A DNA stretch of 64,000 bases from Macrostomum lignano (GCA_002269645.1 NIVC01000230.1:744001-808000); one strand, 5' to 3'. Shown: positions 37,162 through 50,734, counted from the stretch's first letter. Notes: generated by a model not told the origin, from the letters alone. Numbers and translations: made by a program.

Positions 37162-39375
37162 ATGAACATGCCAGCATCCCACTCATCATCAACAGCTGCA
37201 CATAAGGAGCGTCAGGACATCGTCAAGGAAGACATGACTCCCAACTGCTACTCGTCCGCTTTGACTTGCGGCGTCTGTTTAGAAGAATTTCGCGATCCAA
37301 GAGCTCTGCCCTGTCTGCACACCTTCTGTCTGGACTGCTTGGTTCGCTTGCAACAGCTTCGGGGCGGCGGCAGCGGCAGTGGCAGCGGTGGCCGTCTTGT
37401 CTGTCCGTGCTGCCGTCGGGTCTGCCAGACGCCGCCGGCGGGCCCCGAGGCGCTGCCAAGAAATTTTCACGTGGCCAGACTGCGCGAGATGCGGCCGCTG
37501 ATGCAGATGGGACAGGTAAGGCTTTTGGCAAAGATTTGGCGCAAACCTCAGGCTCTTGTCATACCTGCAACTGGAATTTCCATTGACAGTTTAGGGGACT
37601 GGAATTTCCATAGACAGTCTAGGGGACTGGAATGTCCATAGACAGTCTAGGGGACTGGGATGTCCATAGACAGTCTAGGGGACTGGAATGTCCATAGACA
37701 GTCTATGGGACTGGAATGTCCATAGACAGTCTATGGGACTGGAATCTCCATAGACAGTCTAGGGGACTACTAGAATGTCCATAGACAGCTAGGAGACTGG
37801 AATGTCCATAGACAGCTAGGGGACTGGAATGTCCATTGACAGTGGATTAGACGACCCTAGCTGTAGTATGTGCAGGTGGCCCAGCCAAAGGACCAGTCCA
37901 ACCCCCCTCCACCAGGGCCTGGCCGAGGAGTTCTCGGACCGGGCCGCCAGGGAGCTCGCTCGACTGCCGGACGAGTCGCGGCTCCGCTCAGACGTTGCCG
38001 ACTGTCGCCGACGCCTTGCCGAGCTTCGAGCGAGTCAGCGAGAAATCGACGGAGTCTTCGACGCCATAGAGGAGGCTGTGCGCGACGAACGCGAGGCGAT
38101 TGGCGAAGCCCTGGCCGGAGCGAAGGCGCAGGTCAAGGAGAAACGGCGGCGGGCCAAGGACTGCCTGGCCAGGAGGTGTGGATGGGGGGCGGATGGGGGA
38201 GGGAGACGCGGATGGGGAAGGATCGAGAGGCGGATAGGGAAAGATCGAGGGGCGGATAGGGAAAGATCGAGAGGCGGATAGGGAAAGATCGAGGGGCAGA
38301 TAGGGACGGATCGAGGGGCGGATAGAGACGGATCGAGGGTCGGATAGGGAAAGATCGAGGGGCGGATAGGGACGGATCGAGGGGCGGATAGGGACGGATC
38401 GAGGGGCGGATAAGGAAAGATCGAGGGGCGGATAGGGACGGATCGAGGGGCGGATAAGGAAAGATCGAGGGGCGGATAGGGACGGATCGAGGGGCGGATA
38501 AGGAAAGATCGAGGGGCGGATAGGGACGGATCGAGGGGCGGATAGGGAAAGATCGAGGGGCGGATAGGGAAAGATCGAGGGGCGGATAGGGAAAGATCGA
38601 GGTGCGGATATGGAAGGGAGGAGCAGATTAAGTTATTCTGGGGTAAGAAGAGAGCAGGTGGCGGAGAAGGAAACGGTGGAATGCACGATGAGGCAGTTTT
38701 TTGCTGTAATTTTTGGGAGGTTTGCGGGCAAGATTTACACGAAAATCATCGCGGTTGAGTAGAGCGGCAGTGAACGCGCCTGACTCTCGTGACGATCCCT
38801 GGTTCGATTCCTGAACCCCCAGATCCGTCTCCGAGCGCCTGCTAGACAGCGCCAAGAGCGATCGGCATCAAGTTGTACTCGAACTGATCGGTGAATTCCG
38901 CGAGAAATGCGCCAGCAACCGCGGCATGAACGCTGCCGGTGGTCTCGACCTGTTCGGAGCCGCCGCTGTGGACTGTTCGACGTCCTCTAGCTCGGAGTCC
39001 GCTGCTACTGCTCCTGCCAGGCCTCCAACTGAGGCTCAGGTGCGCCGCAGACTCCGCACACGGCTGCTCCAGGAGCTGTCCACGGTCAGCCAGCAGCAGC
39101 ACCAGCAGCAGCAACAGCAGCAGGCGCCGCCTAATCTGCAGCGAAAATGCAGTCGAAAGCGTCGAAAGCTTCGGCAGAAAAATTTTCCAAGAAAGAAAAA
39201 TCAACAAACTGCCAGTTCGAGTGGTACTATTAGTAGTATTGGCAGCGGCGGTGCCACAAAGCGGCGCAAAAGAGCCGAATCGACTGGCAGTTCGAGCCGG
39301 CTGTTTGACGACAGCGAAATCGATGAGTTATGCCGGGAGTACGGACTGTCGGGCTACGTTATCTATGAAGGTTAA
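37162..39375 (+). CDS. RING-HC finger + coiled-coil protein (TRIM-like E3 ligase), about 388 aa; exons 37162-37515, 37916-38175, 38823-39375
   Basis: CGVC...LPCLHTFCLDC...CPCC...LPRNF is a TRIM-type RING. The proposed splice sites give phases 0 and 2 and 1167 nt in total. Exon 2 encodes a charged helical segment; exon 3 is Ser/Gln-rich with a basic KRRKR. The start codon is uncertain (37162, 37168 or 37234). Confidence 0.8.
37565..37845. repeat. 28-bp minisatellite in RING-gene intron 1
   Basis: CATAGACAGTCTAGGGGACTGGAATGTC, about 10 copies. Confidence 0.92.
38215..38612. repeat. 22-bp minisatellite in RING-gene intron 2
   Basis: GATCGAGGGGCGGATAGGGAAA, about 18 copies. Confidence 0.93.
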
Positions 39376-40096
39376 TCAGTATTCGAAATGAAATCGAATG
39401 TACAGTTAACCTGCCATGTAAATTGCACGCTCTACGAGTGATTGACAGATAGAAATCTATATGCACCCAAGGTGTTACTTTGATTTATATATCCATTTTT
39501 CTATTAGCTAAATTTAATTTTTAATTATCCACGAAATGAGAGAGCAAAAAATTTTAACTGTGCTACTTTTAGTAATTTAAACACGTACATGTCAATATAA
39601 ATTTGCGCCAAATTTTTATTCAATTTTTTATTTTCCTTTACTCTGTGTTAGATTTATATGCTAAGCTCTGATTGAGGCAGTTTGATATATTTAGTGAACA
39701 AAGACTTTGATCTCGGGTTTTATCCAACCCGCTTATTAATATATATCTTATGCAAAGATGTTGTGTGCACACAGGCTGAAACTGTAGTTTATCTTGCAAA
39801 ATTTTCAGTATTTATTCACCACTTTTTCGCGTGTAATAATCCTCAAAAAAGAAGACTCAATTGTTTATCTCCGCGCACCCACTTTTTGTTAAGTAGTCTG
39901 CAAGTTTTTTGTATAACAGTAATCAGCGCAGATTTCCATATGATTAGCTCGATTTTTCAGTTTTTCATCCTTTGCCGTGTCGTGAATAGCTATTAAAATA
40001 ATAAATAGTATCTTGCCGCTATTGAATACGCAGTGATACTACTGCTTTAAAATACTTGTGAGTAGTGTTGTTTAGTTCTGGCAATAAATTTAGTTA

Positions 40097-40397
40097 GGTT
40101 GTAGCCCAGTGGTCAGAGCGTCGGACTCACGACTGAGAGGTATTGGGTTCGATTCCCAGCCCACTGAAACAATTTGTCTCCTTGAGCAAGACACTTAACT
40201 CTGCGTTGCTTCAGTTCACCCAGCTGTAAAATGGGTGCCCAGCATTAGCTGGGGTAATTGAGGGTGTGTGTGTGACGACCCCCCCCCGTCTGTGGACTGA
40301 ACAGCCGTACGCAGCCTTCAGTTGCACCGCGCAATAGCTGCGGCTGAGCTGTCGGTTGCGCATCTTACCATTGGGGCAGGGGTGAATTCAGTTATTA
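40097..40397 (+). mobile_element. tRNA-derived SINE with CORE-like central domain (copy 1)
   Basis: A box TAGCCCAGTGG and B box GGTTCGATTCC, then CCTTGAGCAAGACACTTAAC...CAGCTGTAAAATGGG resembling the CORE-SINE domain, and a TTA-type tail. A second copy lies at 42875-43106. Confidence 0.85.
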
Positions 40398-40983
40398 TAT
40401 AATACGCTCGTAATTGTAAATAAAGTTAAAATAAAAAGATAACACTAAAAGCAATGTTGAAAATTTTATGAAAAAAACTTCATTGGAGTAAACAATTCTC
40501 ATGAGAAAGAACAGTTTTCGAACAATTCCAAATACGAGCGTATATATTAAAATACAACAGAAAACTTCCGACGTTAACTTGAAAAAAAATTTGACCGCCC
40601 GTGCAGAAAACACTCAGAATATCCGATATTATTTACTAACAGTAGCAACAGTAGTTTTATTCTTTAAAAAAGGCAGGATAATCAAACGAGTTTTAATATG
40701 ATGCATTTTTTTAACTAATCACAAGTTTCTCAAAATCAAAATTAAAGCCAAATGTAGTGTATAATCTACTTTTGTAAGAAGTAGCATAAATTCTTGTAAA
40801 CGATTGGAATACAAAATATTTTTGTTACAAAAAATTGTAAAGTACATTCAGTTCTAGATTCTCGAATGAAATCAAGTTGTGAGAATTGAACAGCTAACAG
40901 GTCTTTGAGGCTGTCAGTGCATTTTATAAGTACACAATACAGTTCCAAAACATATTCTCAAGATACTTGAGTACACAAGCTGC

Positions 40984-43900
40984 TCACTCTATAGCTCCGT
41001 AGTTGCCACCCGGTGGATCCAGCACCTGGGCCGAGGCGCGAACTCGCTGGCGCGCATCTTGAGAAGTCTCGCTGAGCAGGCCATCGTCTTCTTCGTTCAT
41101 CAGCTTTGGGAATTTTAAAAGATAAGGGAGAAAAGTTACTAACTAACAAGATGATGAGGCTTTTAGTTATGTCAGTCAAAGTATAGCTACTCTCGCCGTT
41201 TACCCAAAATTCTTTAATGTCTGGACTTAATTACCCTGTAAGCGTCATCATCCTCCAGTGTCTCGTACTTGGCTCCACGATAGATGACCTTCTTATGGTG
41301 CAGGTAGAGTACAATCATGTCGCACAGGACCGTCGCCTGGTAGAGAATGTAAAGAGCAAGGCATCATCATTAAACCTTCGATTTTTTAACTATTTCAATC
41401 TAAAATAGTACCGTTTTTCGATCAATCTAGAAGAGTGCCATTTTCGATCTAGAAGAGTGCCATTTTCAATCTATAAGAGTGCCATTTTCAATCTAGAAGA
41501 GTGCCATTTTCAATCTAGAATGCCAATCTAGAGTGCCATTTTCAATCTAGAAGAGTGCCATTTTCAATCTAGAAGAGTGCCATTTTCAATCTAGAAGAGT
41601 GCCACTTTCAATCTAGAAGAGTGCCATTTTCAATCTAGAAGAGTGCCATTTTCAATCTAGAAGAGTGCCATTCTCAATCTAGAAGAGTGCCATTTTCAAT
41701 CTAGAAGAGTGCCATTTCCAATCTAGAAGAGTGCCATTTTCAATCTAGAAGAGTGCCATTTTCAATCTAGAAGAGTGCCATTTTCAATCTAGAAGAGTGC
41801 CATTTACAATCTAGAAGAGTGCCATTTTCAATCTAGAAGAGTGCCATTTTCAATCTAGAAGAGTGCCATTTTCAATCTAGAAGAGTGCCATTTTCAATCT
41901 GGAAGAGTGCCATTTTCAATCTAGAAGAGTGCCATTCTCAATCTAGAAGAGTGCCATTTTCAATCTAGAAGAGTGCCATTTTCAATCTATAAGGGTGCCA
42001 TTTTCAATCTAGAAGAGTGCCATTTTCAATCTAGAAGAGTGCCATTTTCAATCTAGAAGAGTGCCATTTTCAATCTAGAAGAGTGCCATTTTCAATCTAG
42101 AAGAGTGCCATTTTCAATCTAGAAGAGTGCCACTTTCAATCTAGAAGAGTGCCATTTTCAATCTAGAAGAGTGCCATTTTCAATCTGGAAGAGTGCCATT
42201 TTCAATCTAGAAGAGTGCCATTTTCAATCTGGAAGAGTGCCATTTTCAATCTAGAAGAGTGCCATTCTCAATCTAGAAGAGTGCCATTTTCAATCTAGAA
42301 GAGTGCCATTTTCAATCTATAAGGGTGCCATTTTCAATCTAGAAGAGTGCCATTTTCAATCTATGAGTGCCATTTTCAATCTATAAGAGTGCCATTTTCA
42401 ATCTATTGATAGAATGACACATGAGGGCCAACCATCAAGTTAGAGAGTTTACATGCCTGATCATTAGAAATCTGAGTTTAGTTATCAGAATCCATGATGA
42501 ATGCAGGAAAAAATTGCTAACATGAAACTAATTTTCGATACATATCGGGCAGCACTCACAATACCCAGTAGAGCTAGCCCGGAGCCAAGGTTCATAGTCA
42601 GCGGGATGACATTGAAGCGGCCAGCCCTGCCAGTCACGTAGACAACAAATCTCAGACCGTAGGCTTTGATCAGAGTCCGGTGATCCGTGTCGTTAATCCG
42701 ATAATAATTGGCGTAACGAAAATTCCAGCCTTTAGCAATTTTTGTGTTCTCATCGTCAAGTCGGCGAAATCTGTAAGTCGGATTACAGTAGGAGGCGTCC
42801 CAGTCCAGGTTGCAGTCCCAGTTCACCGTGATGGACACCACGCCGCCCTGCAAGTGTTTGGCGAAGTCAATAAAAATAATAATAATTGACTCAACCGACA
42901 GCTCAGCCGCAGCAGCATGGGGGTTCACCACACAGCCTCAATCACCCCAGCTAATGCTGGCACCCATTTTACAGCTGGGTGAACTGAAGCAATGCAGAGT
43001 TAAGTGTCTTGCTCAAGGACCCAAATTGTTCCGAGTGTGGGTCGGGAATCGAACCCTCGACCTTTCAGTGGTGAATCCGACGCTCTGACCACTGGGCTAC
43101 AACCCCTTGTCCATTTAATCCATGCAAGCATAATAACAGGTGGTCACTCACCACTGTGGCAATTTTAGTGAAATTATCGATGCCAGCCAGTTTAAGAATG
43201 TCGCCAATTCGAAACACTGGGCAGTACATATCCGTGTCAGGGTTGTACACACAGTTCTGCAGCTGGCTTGAGTTGTAATAATCTAGCACGTTGCGGCTGA
43301 AGTTTTGGTAAATGTCACATCGTTTCTAAGAGCTAATACTTAATACTTAAGCACAGTTGAACATCAGTGTGAGAAATGAAAAATCAACAGAACGAATCAC
43401 CAACCCCACTAAATGACCGGAAGTGAGGAATCCCCAACCCCACTAAATGACCGGAAGTGAGGAATCCACAACCTCGCTAAATGACCGGAAGTGAGGAATC
43501 CCCAACCCCACAAAATGACCGGAAGTGAGGAATCACAACCACAGAAAAAGACCGGAAGTGAGGAATCCCCAACCCCACTAAATGACCGGAAGTGAGGAAT
43601 CCACAACCTCGCTAAATGACCGGAAGTGAGGAATCCCCAACCCCACAAAATGACCGGAAGTGAGGAATCACAACCACAGAAAAAGACCGGAAGTGAGGAA
43701 TCCCCAACCCCACTAAATGACCGGAAGTGAGGAATCCACAACCTCGCTAAATGACCGGAAGTGAGGAATCCCCAACCCCACAAAATGACCGGAAGTGAGG
43801 AATCACAACCACAGAAAAAGACCGGAAGTGAGGAATCCCCAACCCCACTAAATGACCGGAAGTGAGGAATCCACAACCTCGCTAAATGACCGGAAGTGAG

Positions 43901-45825
43901 GAATCCCCAACCCCACAAAATGACCGGAAGTGAGGAATCACAACCACAGAAAAAGACCGGAAGTGAGGAATCCCCAACCCCACTAAATGACCGGAAGTGA
44001 GGAATCCACAACCTCGCTAAATGACCGGAAGTGAGGAATCCCCAACCCCACAAAATGACCGGAAGTGAGGAATCACAACCACAGAAAAAGACCGGAAGTG
44101 AGGAATCCCCAACCCCACTAAATGACCGGAAGTGAGGAATCCCCAACCCCACAAAATGACCGGAAGTGAGGAATCACAACCACAGAAAAAGACCGGAAGT
44201 GAGGAATCCCCAACCCCACTAAATGACCGGAAGTGAGGAATCCACAACCTCGCTAAATGACCGGAAGTGAGGAATCCCCAACCCCACAAAATGACCGGAA
44301 GTGAGGAATCACAACCACAGAAAAAGACCGGAAGTGAGGAATCCCCAACCCCACTAAATGACCGGAAGTGAGGAATCCACAACCTCGCTAAATGACCGGA
44401 AGTGAGGAATCCCCAACCCCACTAAATGACCGGAAGTAAGGAATCCTCACCCCACTAAAAGACCGGAAGTGAGGAATCCCCAACCCCACAAAATGACCGG
44501 AAGTGAGGAATCACAACCACAGAAAAAGACCGGAAGTGAGGAATCCCCAACCCCACTAAATGACCGGAAGTGAGGAATCCACAACCTCGCTAAATGACCG
44601 GAAGTGAGGAATCCCCAACCCCACAAAATGACCGGAAGTGAGGAATCACAACCACAGAAAAAGACCGGAAGTGAGGAATCCCCAACCCCACTAAATGACC
44701 GGAAGTGAGGAATCCACAACCCCGCTAAATGACCGGAAGTGAGGAATCCCCAACCCCACTAAATGACCGGAAGTAAGGAATCCTCACCCCACTAAAAGAC
44801 CGGAAGTGAGGAATCCCCAACCCCACTAAATGACCGGAAGTGAGGAATCCCCAACCCCACTAAATGACCGGAAGTGAGGAATCAACATCATAAATCCACT
44901 AAATCATCAATAGTAATCATGCTTGGGCGCAACCTTTGGATTCACTCGGCCGTTTCTATTGGCAACAGACACACGTAAGTCGCTATTGGATGGAATAGTA
45001 GTCACGTGACTGCTCTCAGCCAATACCGACTTACATGTATGTGTTGCCAATAGAAACGGCCGAGTGATTCCCAAAGTTGCGCATGTATGATAGTAATTAA
45101 AAAACGAACCGTTTAACGCCAAACAAAGGAAACTCAATGCTGTCCTTGATGAGCACAGTGAAGTTCACAGCCTCTGGGAACATGGTTCCGCCAGCCGGTA
45201 GCTGGTCGACCTCAACCGGGCACCAGGCCAAAATTTCGCATGATGTTTTATTGGGCGCCTGGCTTGACGGCACGCACCGGCCGGTGTTGACTCCGTTGCC
45301 AAGCATCTGCGGCTTGCCGGCCGGGCAGTCCGCGTCCGAGAAGCAGGGCGCCACGCTGGGGTCTTCGTCGCATGCGCCCTGCGTCTGGTCCCGGGTCACC
45401 ACCGCGTTTGTGGTGATGAAGAATGCGTTGTTCTCCTGGGGTTGTGGTTGGTGGCGACTCTGATGTGGCCTGTCTGTCTGCCTGATTGCCTCTCTGTATG
45501 TCTGCCTGTCTGTCTCTGTCTGTCTGTCTGCCTATCTGCCTATCTGCCTGTCTGTCTGCCTGCCTATCTGTCTCTGTCTGCCTGTCTGTCTGTCTGTCTG
45601 CCTGCCTGCCTGTCTGTCTTAGTGTCTGCCTGTCTGTCTGTCTGTCTGTCTGCCTGTCTGTCTGCCTGCCTGTCTGTCTCTGTCTGTCTGTCTGTCTGCC
45701 TATCTGCCTGTCTGCCTGTCTGTCTGCCTGCCTATCTGTCTCTGTCTGCCTGTCTGTCTGTCTGTCTGCCTGCCTGCCTGTCTGTCTTAGTGTCTGTCTG
45801 TCTGTCTGTCTGTCTGCCTGTCTGC

Positions 45826-45859
<34 letters not shown>

Positions 45860-47351
45860 GTCTGTCTGCCTGTCTGTCTGTCTGTCTGCCTGCCTGCCTG
45901 TCTGTCTGTCTTAGTGTCTGTCTGTTTGTCTGTCTGTGTATATAAAGCATGTGTCTCAGTGCCAATTTGTCTTGGATGCCTGTCTAAAATTCCTGCACAG
46001 TTTGTCATCTTTGTCTGTCTTACAAGGCATCAATGGCAAGTCATGACAATGTCTATTTATTGCATTGATCATTCCCCGAACGAGACTTAAAGCAACAGTG
46101 CTGCACACACACCTTTTAGAAAGAGATCATTTAATATAAACAAAAATATAGAAAGTAAAAAGGCAAACCTGCGGTGGAACAACATAGTCCGCAACATCCC
46201 AAATCCTGGCGCCAATACTTGTGCCAGTGAGGTTGGTGTATTGAACTCCTTTCACCTTGGTTGTCACTCCACTAACCACATCGTCAAAGTCTTGGTAGCC
46301 TTTTTTGTAGACAACAACCCATCTAAATGATAAGTGAGATTTAATTTCAAATATAGGTTATGTATGTTGGGTAGGCCTAAGGAGAACATAAAGAGAAAAG
46401 CTTTTTTGATGCTTATTAATAAAAACAATAGCAGAAAATAATGGGTCGTATTACTACAATATAATGTTATACCTATTATTTATATAGGTGAATTAAATAT
46501 TACTATATGCATAAATTTAAGAATTTTCGCTGTTTGGGATTATTCTTATATCCCCCTAGTTACATCAATTATAATTCTTGGATTTAGTAATAAATATAAT
46601 AACTCTTGAATTGAAGAACCTCTGTAATTATGGGTACCTATAATTCAGTATGAAGGAAAGTTCTGTTGTCCTGCAACTTCACTCTTATATAGTAAGCTCT
46701 TCAAGTATTACTAAATCCAAGTGTTACTAAGTTCAAGCATTACTAAATTCATCATTATTAAATTTTGGTTACTAAATTCAAGGGCATTAGGAAAACCCGA
46801 AGCAAGGGCACTCCCAGATGTGCTTAGAGAAATCCTGGCATATATGTTGCCTTCCAAACTATGGTTGCCTTATAAGATTATATTCTTAATTGAGATGAAA
46901 AAATATTTACTTTTTTACCTGGAAATAGTACTAAGTTGAATTCTTAGTTTTATAGTATAATAATAAATGTTAACATGGCATGTATACAATCCATCATTTT
47001 ACTGTACATTAAATATTTATGTAGGCCAACATCAAAACCTTTGAATAGCTGATACTTCATAGTGGCCCTAGCTATCCCCAAGAACAGTTCAGAATGAAAT
47101 TCACGAGTTCCTATTTATATATTAGTACGATACAGCATAGAAAAAATGCATATTGCAAATAGAAATATTAATACAAATAAATCTTCTCACCCAATCACGT
47201 AGGCTATGATAAGCAGCTGAATAAGTCGATAAATTACTGAAACTTTAATGCTACTGATCTGAACAACTTTTGATGTTTCATATCTAAACAACGCTCCAAA
47301 GCCGCGATCAACCGTTTTCACGGCAATATTTGATCTAGCATTTGAAGTCAT
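40984..47351 (-). CDS. P2RX: P2X purinoceptor (ATP-gated ion channel), 431 aa; exons 47351-47191, 46322-46169, 45435-45110, 43296-43152, 42847-42560, 41336-41235, 41103-40984
   Basis: Exons sum to 1296 nt with consistent phases. Motifs: YETSKVV (PKC site), TTKVKG, ten ectodomain cysteines, WNFRYA, LIKAYG, TM2 GSGLALLGIATVLCD and C-terminal YxxxK. The gene symbol is family-level only. Confidence 0.96.
41430..42405. repeat. 22-bp minisatellite in a P2X intron (TCTAGAAGAGTGCCATTTTCAA), about 44 copies
   Basis: Direct reading. Confidence 0.96.
42875..43106 (-). mobile_element. tRNA-derived CORE-like SINE (copy 2), in a P2X intron
   Basis: Reverse complement of the 40097 family, with a shorter 3' body and a (TTA)n tail. 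Confidence 0.85.
43411..44882. repeat. 33-34-bp minisatellite organised as a 135-bp four-monomer higher-order repeat, about 43 monomers
   Basis: Monomer AAATGACCGGAAGTGAGGAATCCCCAACCCCACT. Four variants recur in fixed order (34+34+33+34 bp), matching the 45-aa period of the spurious minus-strand ORF. Confidence 0.95.
44927..45082. mobile_element. Hairpin-type MITE or palindrome (about 65-bp inverted arms, about 30-bp spacer) in a P2X intron
   Basis: GCGCAACCTTTGGATTCACTCGGCCGTTTCTATTGGCAACA... is inverted as ...TGTTGCCAATAGAAACGGCCGAGTGATTCCCAAAGTTGCGC. No clear TSD. Confidence 0.65.
45470..45937. repeat. (CTGT/CTGC)n microsatellite in a P2X intron
   Basis: Direct reading. Confidence 0.96.
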
Positions 47352-47729
47352 CTTTACTGCATTTGTGTGAACAGTAAACGTATAATGAAGCGGTAGTAGG
47401 TAGTAGTAGAGTACATGTAAATCTGATTGCGCGTTCAGCAATTCAAAATACAATATTTATCAGTATTAAAAGTCATTTCTAAGAAATCATAAACTTAAAA
47501 TCTCGCGTAAAATATCGTGGTCGAATTGGTTACGAGCGAGAAACTGTCTGGAGAGAGAAATCTACAAAAAATTACTAATGTTGTTTTGGCGAACCAAGGA
47601 TGAATCCTTGTTCTTTATCGAATTAGTTCGAGTTCGAATTAGCTGTTCGAATTTGAAGAAATCCATTTGCAATTTATATTTGCAGAGATAATGGCCATAT
47701 CCACTACTAAATATTACTACAAATTAACC

Positions 47730-47965
47730 TACTACTACTACTACTACTAATACTAGTACTACTACTACTACTACGACGACGACGACGATGACGACTACTA
47801 CTACTACTATGACGACTACTACTACTACTACTACTACTACTACGACTACTACTTACTACTACACTACTAACTACTACTATTTACTTACATGTATGCTGCC
47901 TGTCTGCCTGATTGTCTCTCTGCTGTCTGTCTTAGTGTCTGTCTGTCTGTCTCTGTCTGTCTGTC
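47730..47965. repeat. (CTA)n followed by (CTGT)n microsatellites
   Basis: Direct reading. Confidence 0.9.
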
Positions 47966-48829
47966 GGTAGTCGGTAAGTGAGTGCTAGTTTATCCATCTA
48001 TTCTCGGTCTAAAGAATGATTGAGAGTCTTGCTTTACCCCAGCAACGGGAGTTTTTTGTCTCTCGACTCAAGTACATTCAGCCTGATAATTTAGTCAGGT
48101 GTTCTTCGCTCACCCTGCGATCGGTCCCAGGGCCCCCGCATAAAAGATATAAAAATTACAGACTTACAAACCCTCGACTTTCACTTGCAATTACAGGACG
48201 GAATTGTAAAAAACTAGTTATTATAAAAATTAAGACCGAGCGGCCCTCACCTGCCTCAGCTGCAGGGCCACATGTGCAGGCTATTAATCAACTATCTATA
48301 TATATACCACAGCGGCGGCAGAAATTAAATAGAAGAGAAAAACTGCGCCGCCATGTGTGATTGAAACTGGGGGTAGAGCCCGGCTTGCGCAGTGTACTCA
48401 GCCATATCGGATATTAAACCGTGAGCAGATGCCGAAATCTCTTACAGAGTCCCCCGAGGGGAGGGGGGGGGAATCTCCCTGTGCTCTGCAATTCCGCAAA
48501 GTGCCATGCGCCTGTCCTTGAGCATGGCAATGAGACCATTTATCGGTCGCCAGAAAAATAATTCCCTAGAGGGAATTGAGGGAATTTTTTCGCAAGGGAG
48601 AGAGTGAAGGAAAAGAATCCCTCTGTGCTGCGATAGGAGGCCCAAGCAAATCCATCAAAATGCAATTTAAGCTAATCAGAGACTCCACATGGACCAGCGC
48701 AACTTGCTCTGCAATAGTGAGTAACTTCTGTCTCATCTTAATCATCGGATTCTGCCCCCGCCCAGATGCCTACCTTCTTTAGCTGGTTTCTAGTTCCGGC
48801 TTTAGTGCGCCAATATCTGCATGACTTGC

Positions 48830-49315
<486 letters not shown>

Positions 49316-50734
49316 GTGTCAGGTGAGCCATGGGCCGACGAACTTTTGGCAGAAAATGTCTGCATCAATTTTTTTCTTTTCAATTTGCCTCATTCTGCTC
49401 ATATCGACGAAATCTTATCCAACAACACGGCTCTTCATGTCCATCCGCCGAGTAGACAAGATCGAAAAATCGATTGCTAGACTTAATTTTTGAGTTCATA
49501 CTTGTGCATTTTTATGTTTGCATTGATTTTTTATCATTTTATACTCGCATATTTTAGAGACAAACAAGTAAAAAGTGCACTCAGCGGTATTTTGCTATTA
49601 TTCGTCGAAGGCAAGATTGATTTCGCAAGGGAATACTGGATTATGCCAGTATTAAGGATTATGAACAGATTTAAGGATTATGAAAGAATTAAGTATTACC
49701 ACATAAAGACCAAGGGATTATGCAGGCTAAAAGTTCATGATGCACTCCTAGATGAGGGTCCTTGTTCGATAAAAGTGCGGCTAAACGTAGAAGTACAATC
49801 ATTACATATCGTTTCTTAGAAAAATCCAGGAGTCTGCATGACAATCTCTTCATCAGGCTTCCCAGCTCCTTTCCTTCCTCATCAATGTAGATCTCATGTT
49901 TTTCCAGTGGGAATTACGATACAGGCTTGTAGGATTTAACTTCCTGCTTCATCAAAGCGAGATTTTGACTACTCCATTTCTAACTGTAATCTCGAAGGGT
50001 TCCAATGCCTCTGCAGAAGTCTGGGAGCAAAACAGGATGCACCGGTCCGATATGTCTGGGTCAATGCACGAAAGATTGAAGCAACCAGGGAGAAGGAAGT
50101 CCAGACTAAAGGGAGTAAGGGGCTCCTGTTCGCTTCTCTGATCAAAGTTTGAGCAGAAGTTCTCGCTCATTTACTCTTTCTAATTGAAAGAGTAAATGAT
50201 AGCCACATCGAAAGCAGAAATGATAAAATGTAACTCAGCAGGATTCTGCTTTGATAAATAGGTCTGGAACTGGGTGATAGCTCGTACACAAGTCTATAGA
50301 AAGTCTGAGTGATAAATATAAGCATAGAATTTGGTCGCTAACCGTTGTCTGCTATTTTATTGTTATTCTGTTATTGGGGATTCAGAAGTGCTTTTCTAAG
50401 CTTATTAATCAATAAAGTGACCAAAAACCTGCCTTATAGGGCCGTTGGAATGTTACAATAAAAGATTGAGAAGATTTTGTTTAAAATTAAAAATTTCAAT
50501 GTACATGAAACTGGACGTATTAACTGGTTGGTCCCTCGACCCTACCAATAATTGGTTTAAATGTGTTTAAAAAGTACAAAGCATGGCTATAGCTAAACAA
50601 CAAACAAAAAGTACACGAGCTAAATATCGATTGCAACGGAAACAAAATAAAAAACCACATGACACAACGCAAGACAGCAAGAAATGATAGCAGTTTAGTT
50701 GCTTTTTTAAATTTGAATCCAACAACTTCAAGCT

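Noticed and set aside
37870-38259. Alternative exon 2 frame or acceptor at 37875 for the RING gene
   Set aside because: It gives a low-complexity Pro/Gly/Arg frame. The 37915 acceptor preserves phase into the coiled-coil frame and joins exon 3 in frame.
38750-38815. tRNA-like segment with a GGTTCGATTCC B box
   Set aside because: No convincing cloverleaf or acceptor stem; at most a decayed SINE head at the end of an intron.
40097-40170. tRNA gene
   Set aside because: It continues into a SINE body shared with the second copy, so it is a SINE head.
8120-44882. CRISPR-like appearance of the 22-43-bp repeat arrays
   Set aside because: The units are head-to-tail with no unique spacers, the context is eukaryotic, and there are no cas genes.
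19730-44882. Palindromic cores (CAGCTG, GGCGCC, TCTAGA, CCGG) in many minisatellite units
   Set aside because: The frequency is about what chance predicts for 20-40-bp units.
49490-50300. Possible decayed coding sequence between the TTAG array and the GPCR
   Set aside because: Multiple stops in all frames and no motif I recognise.
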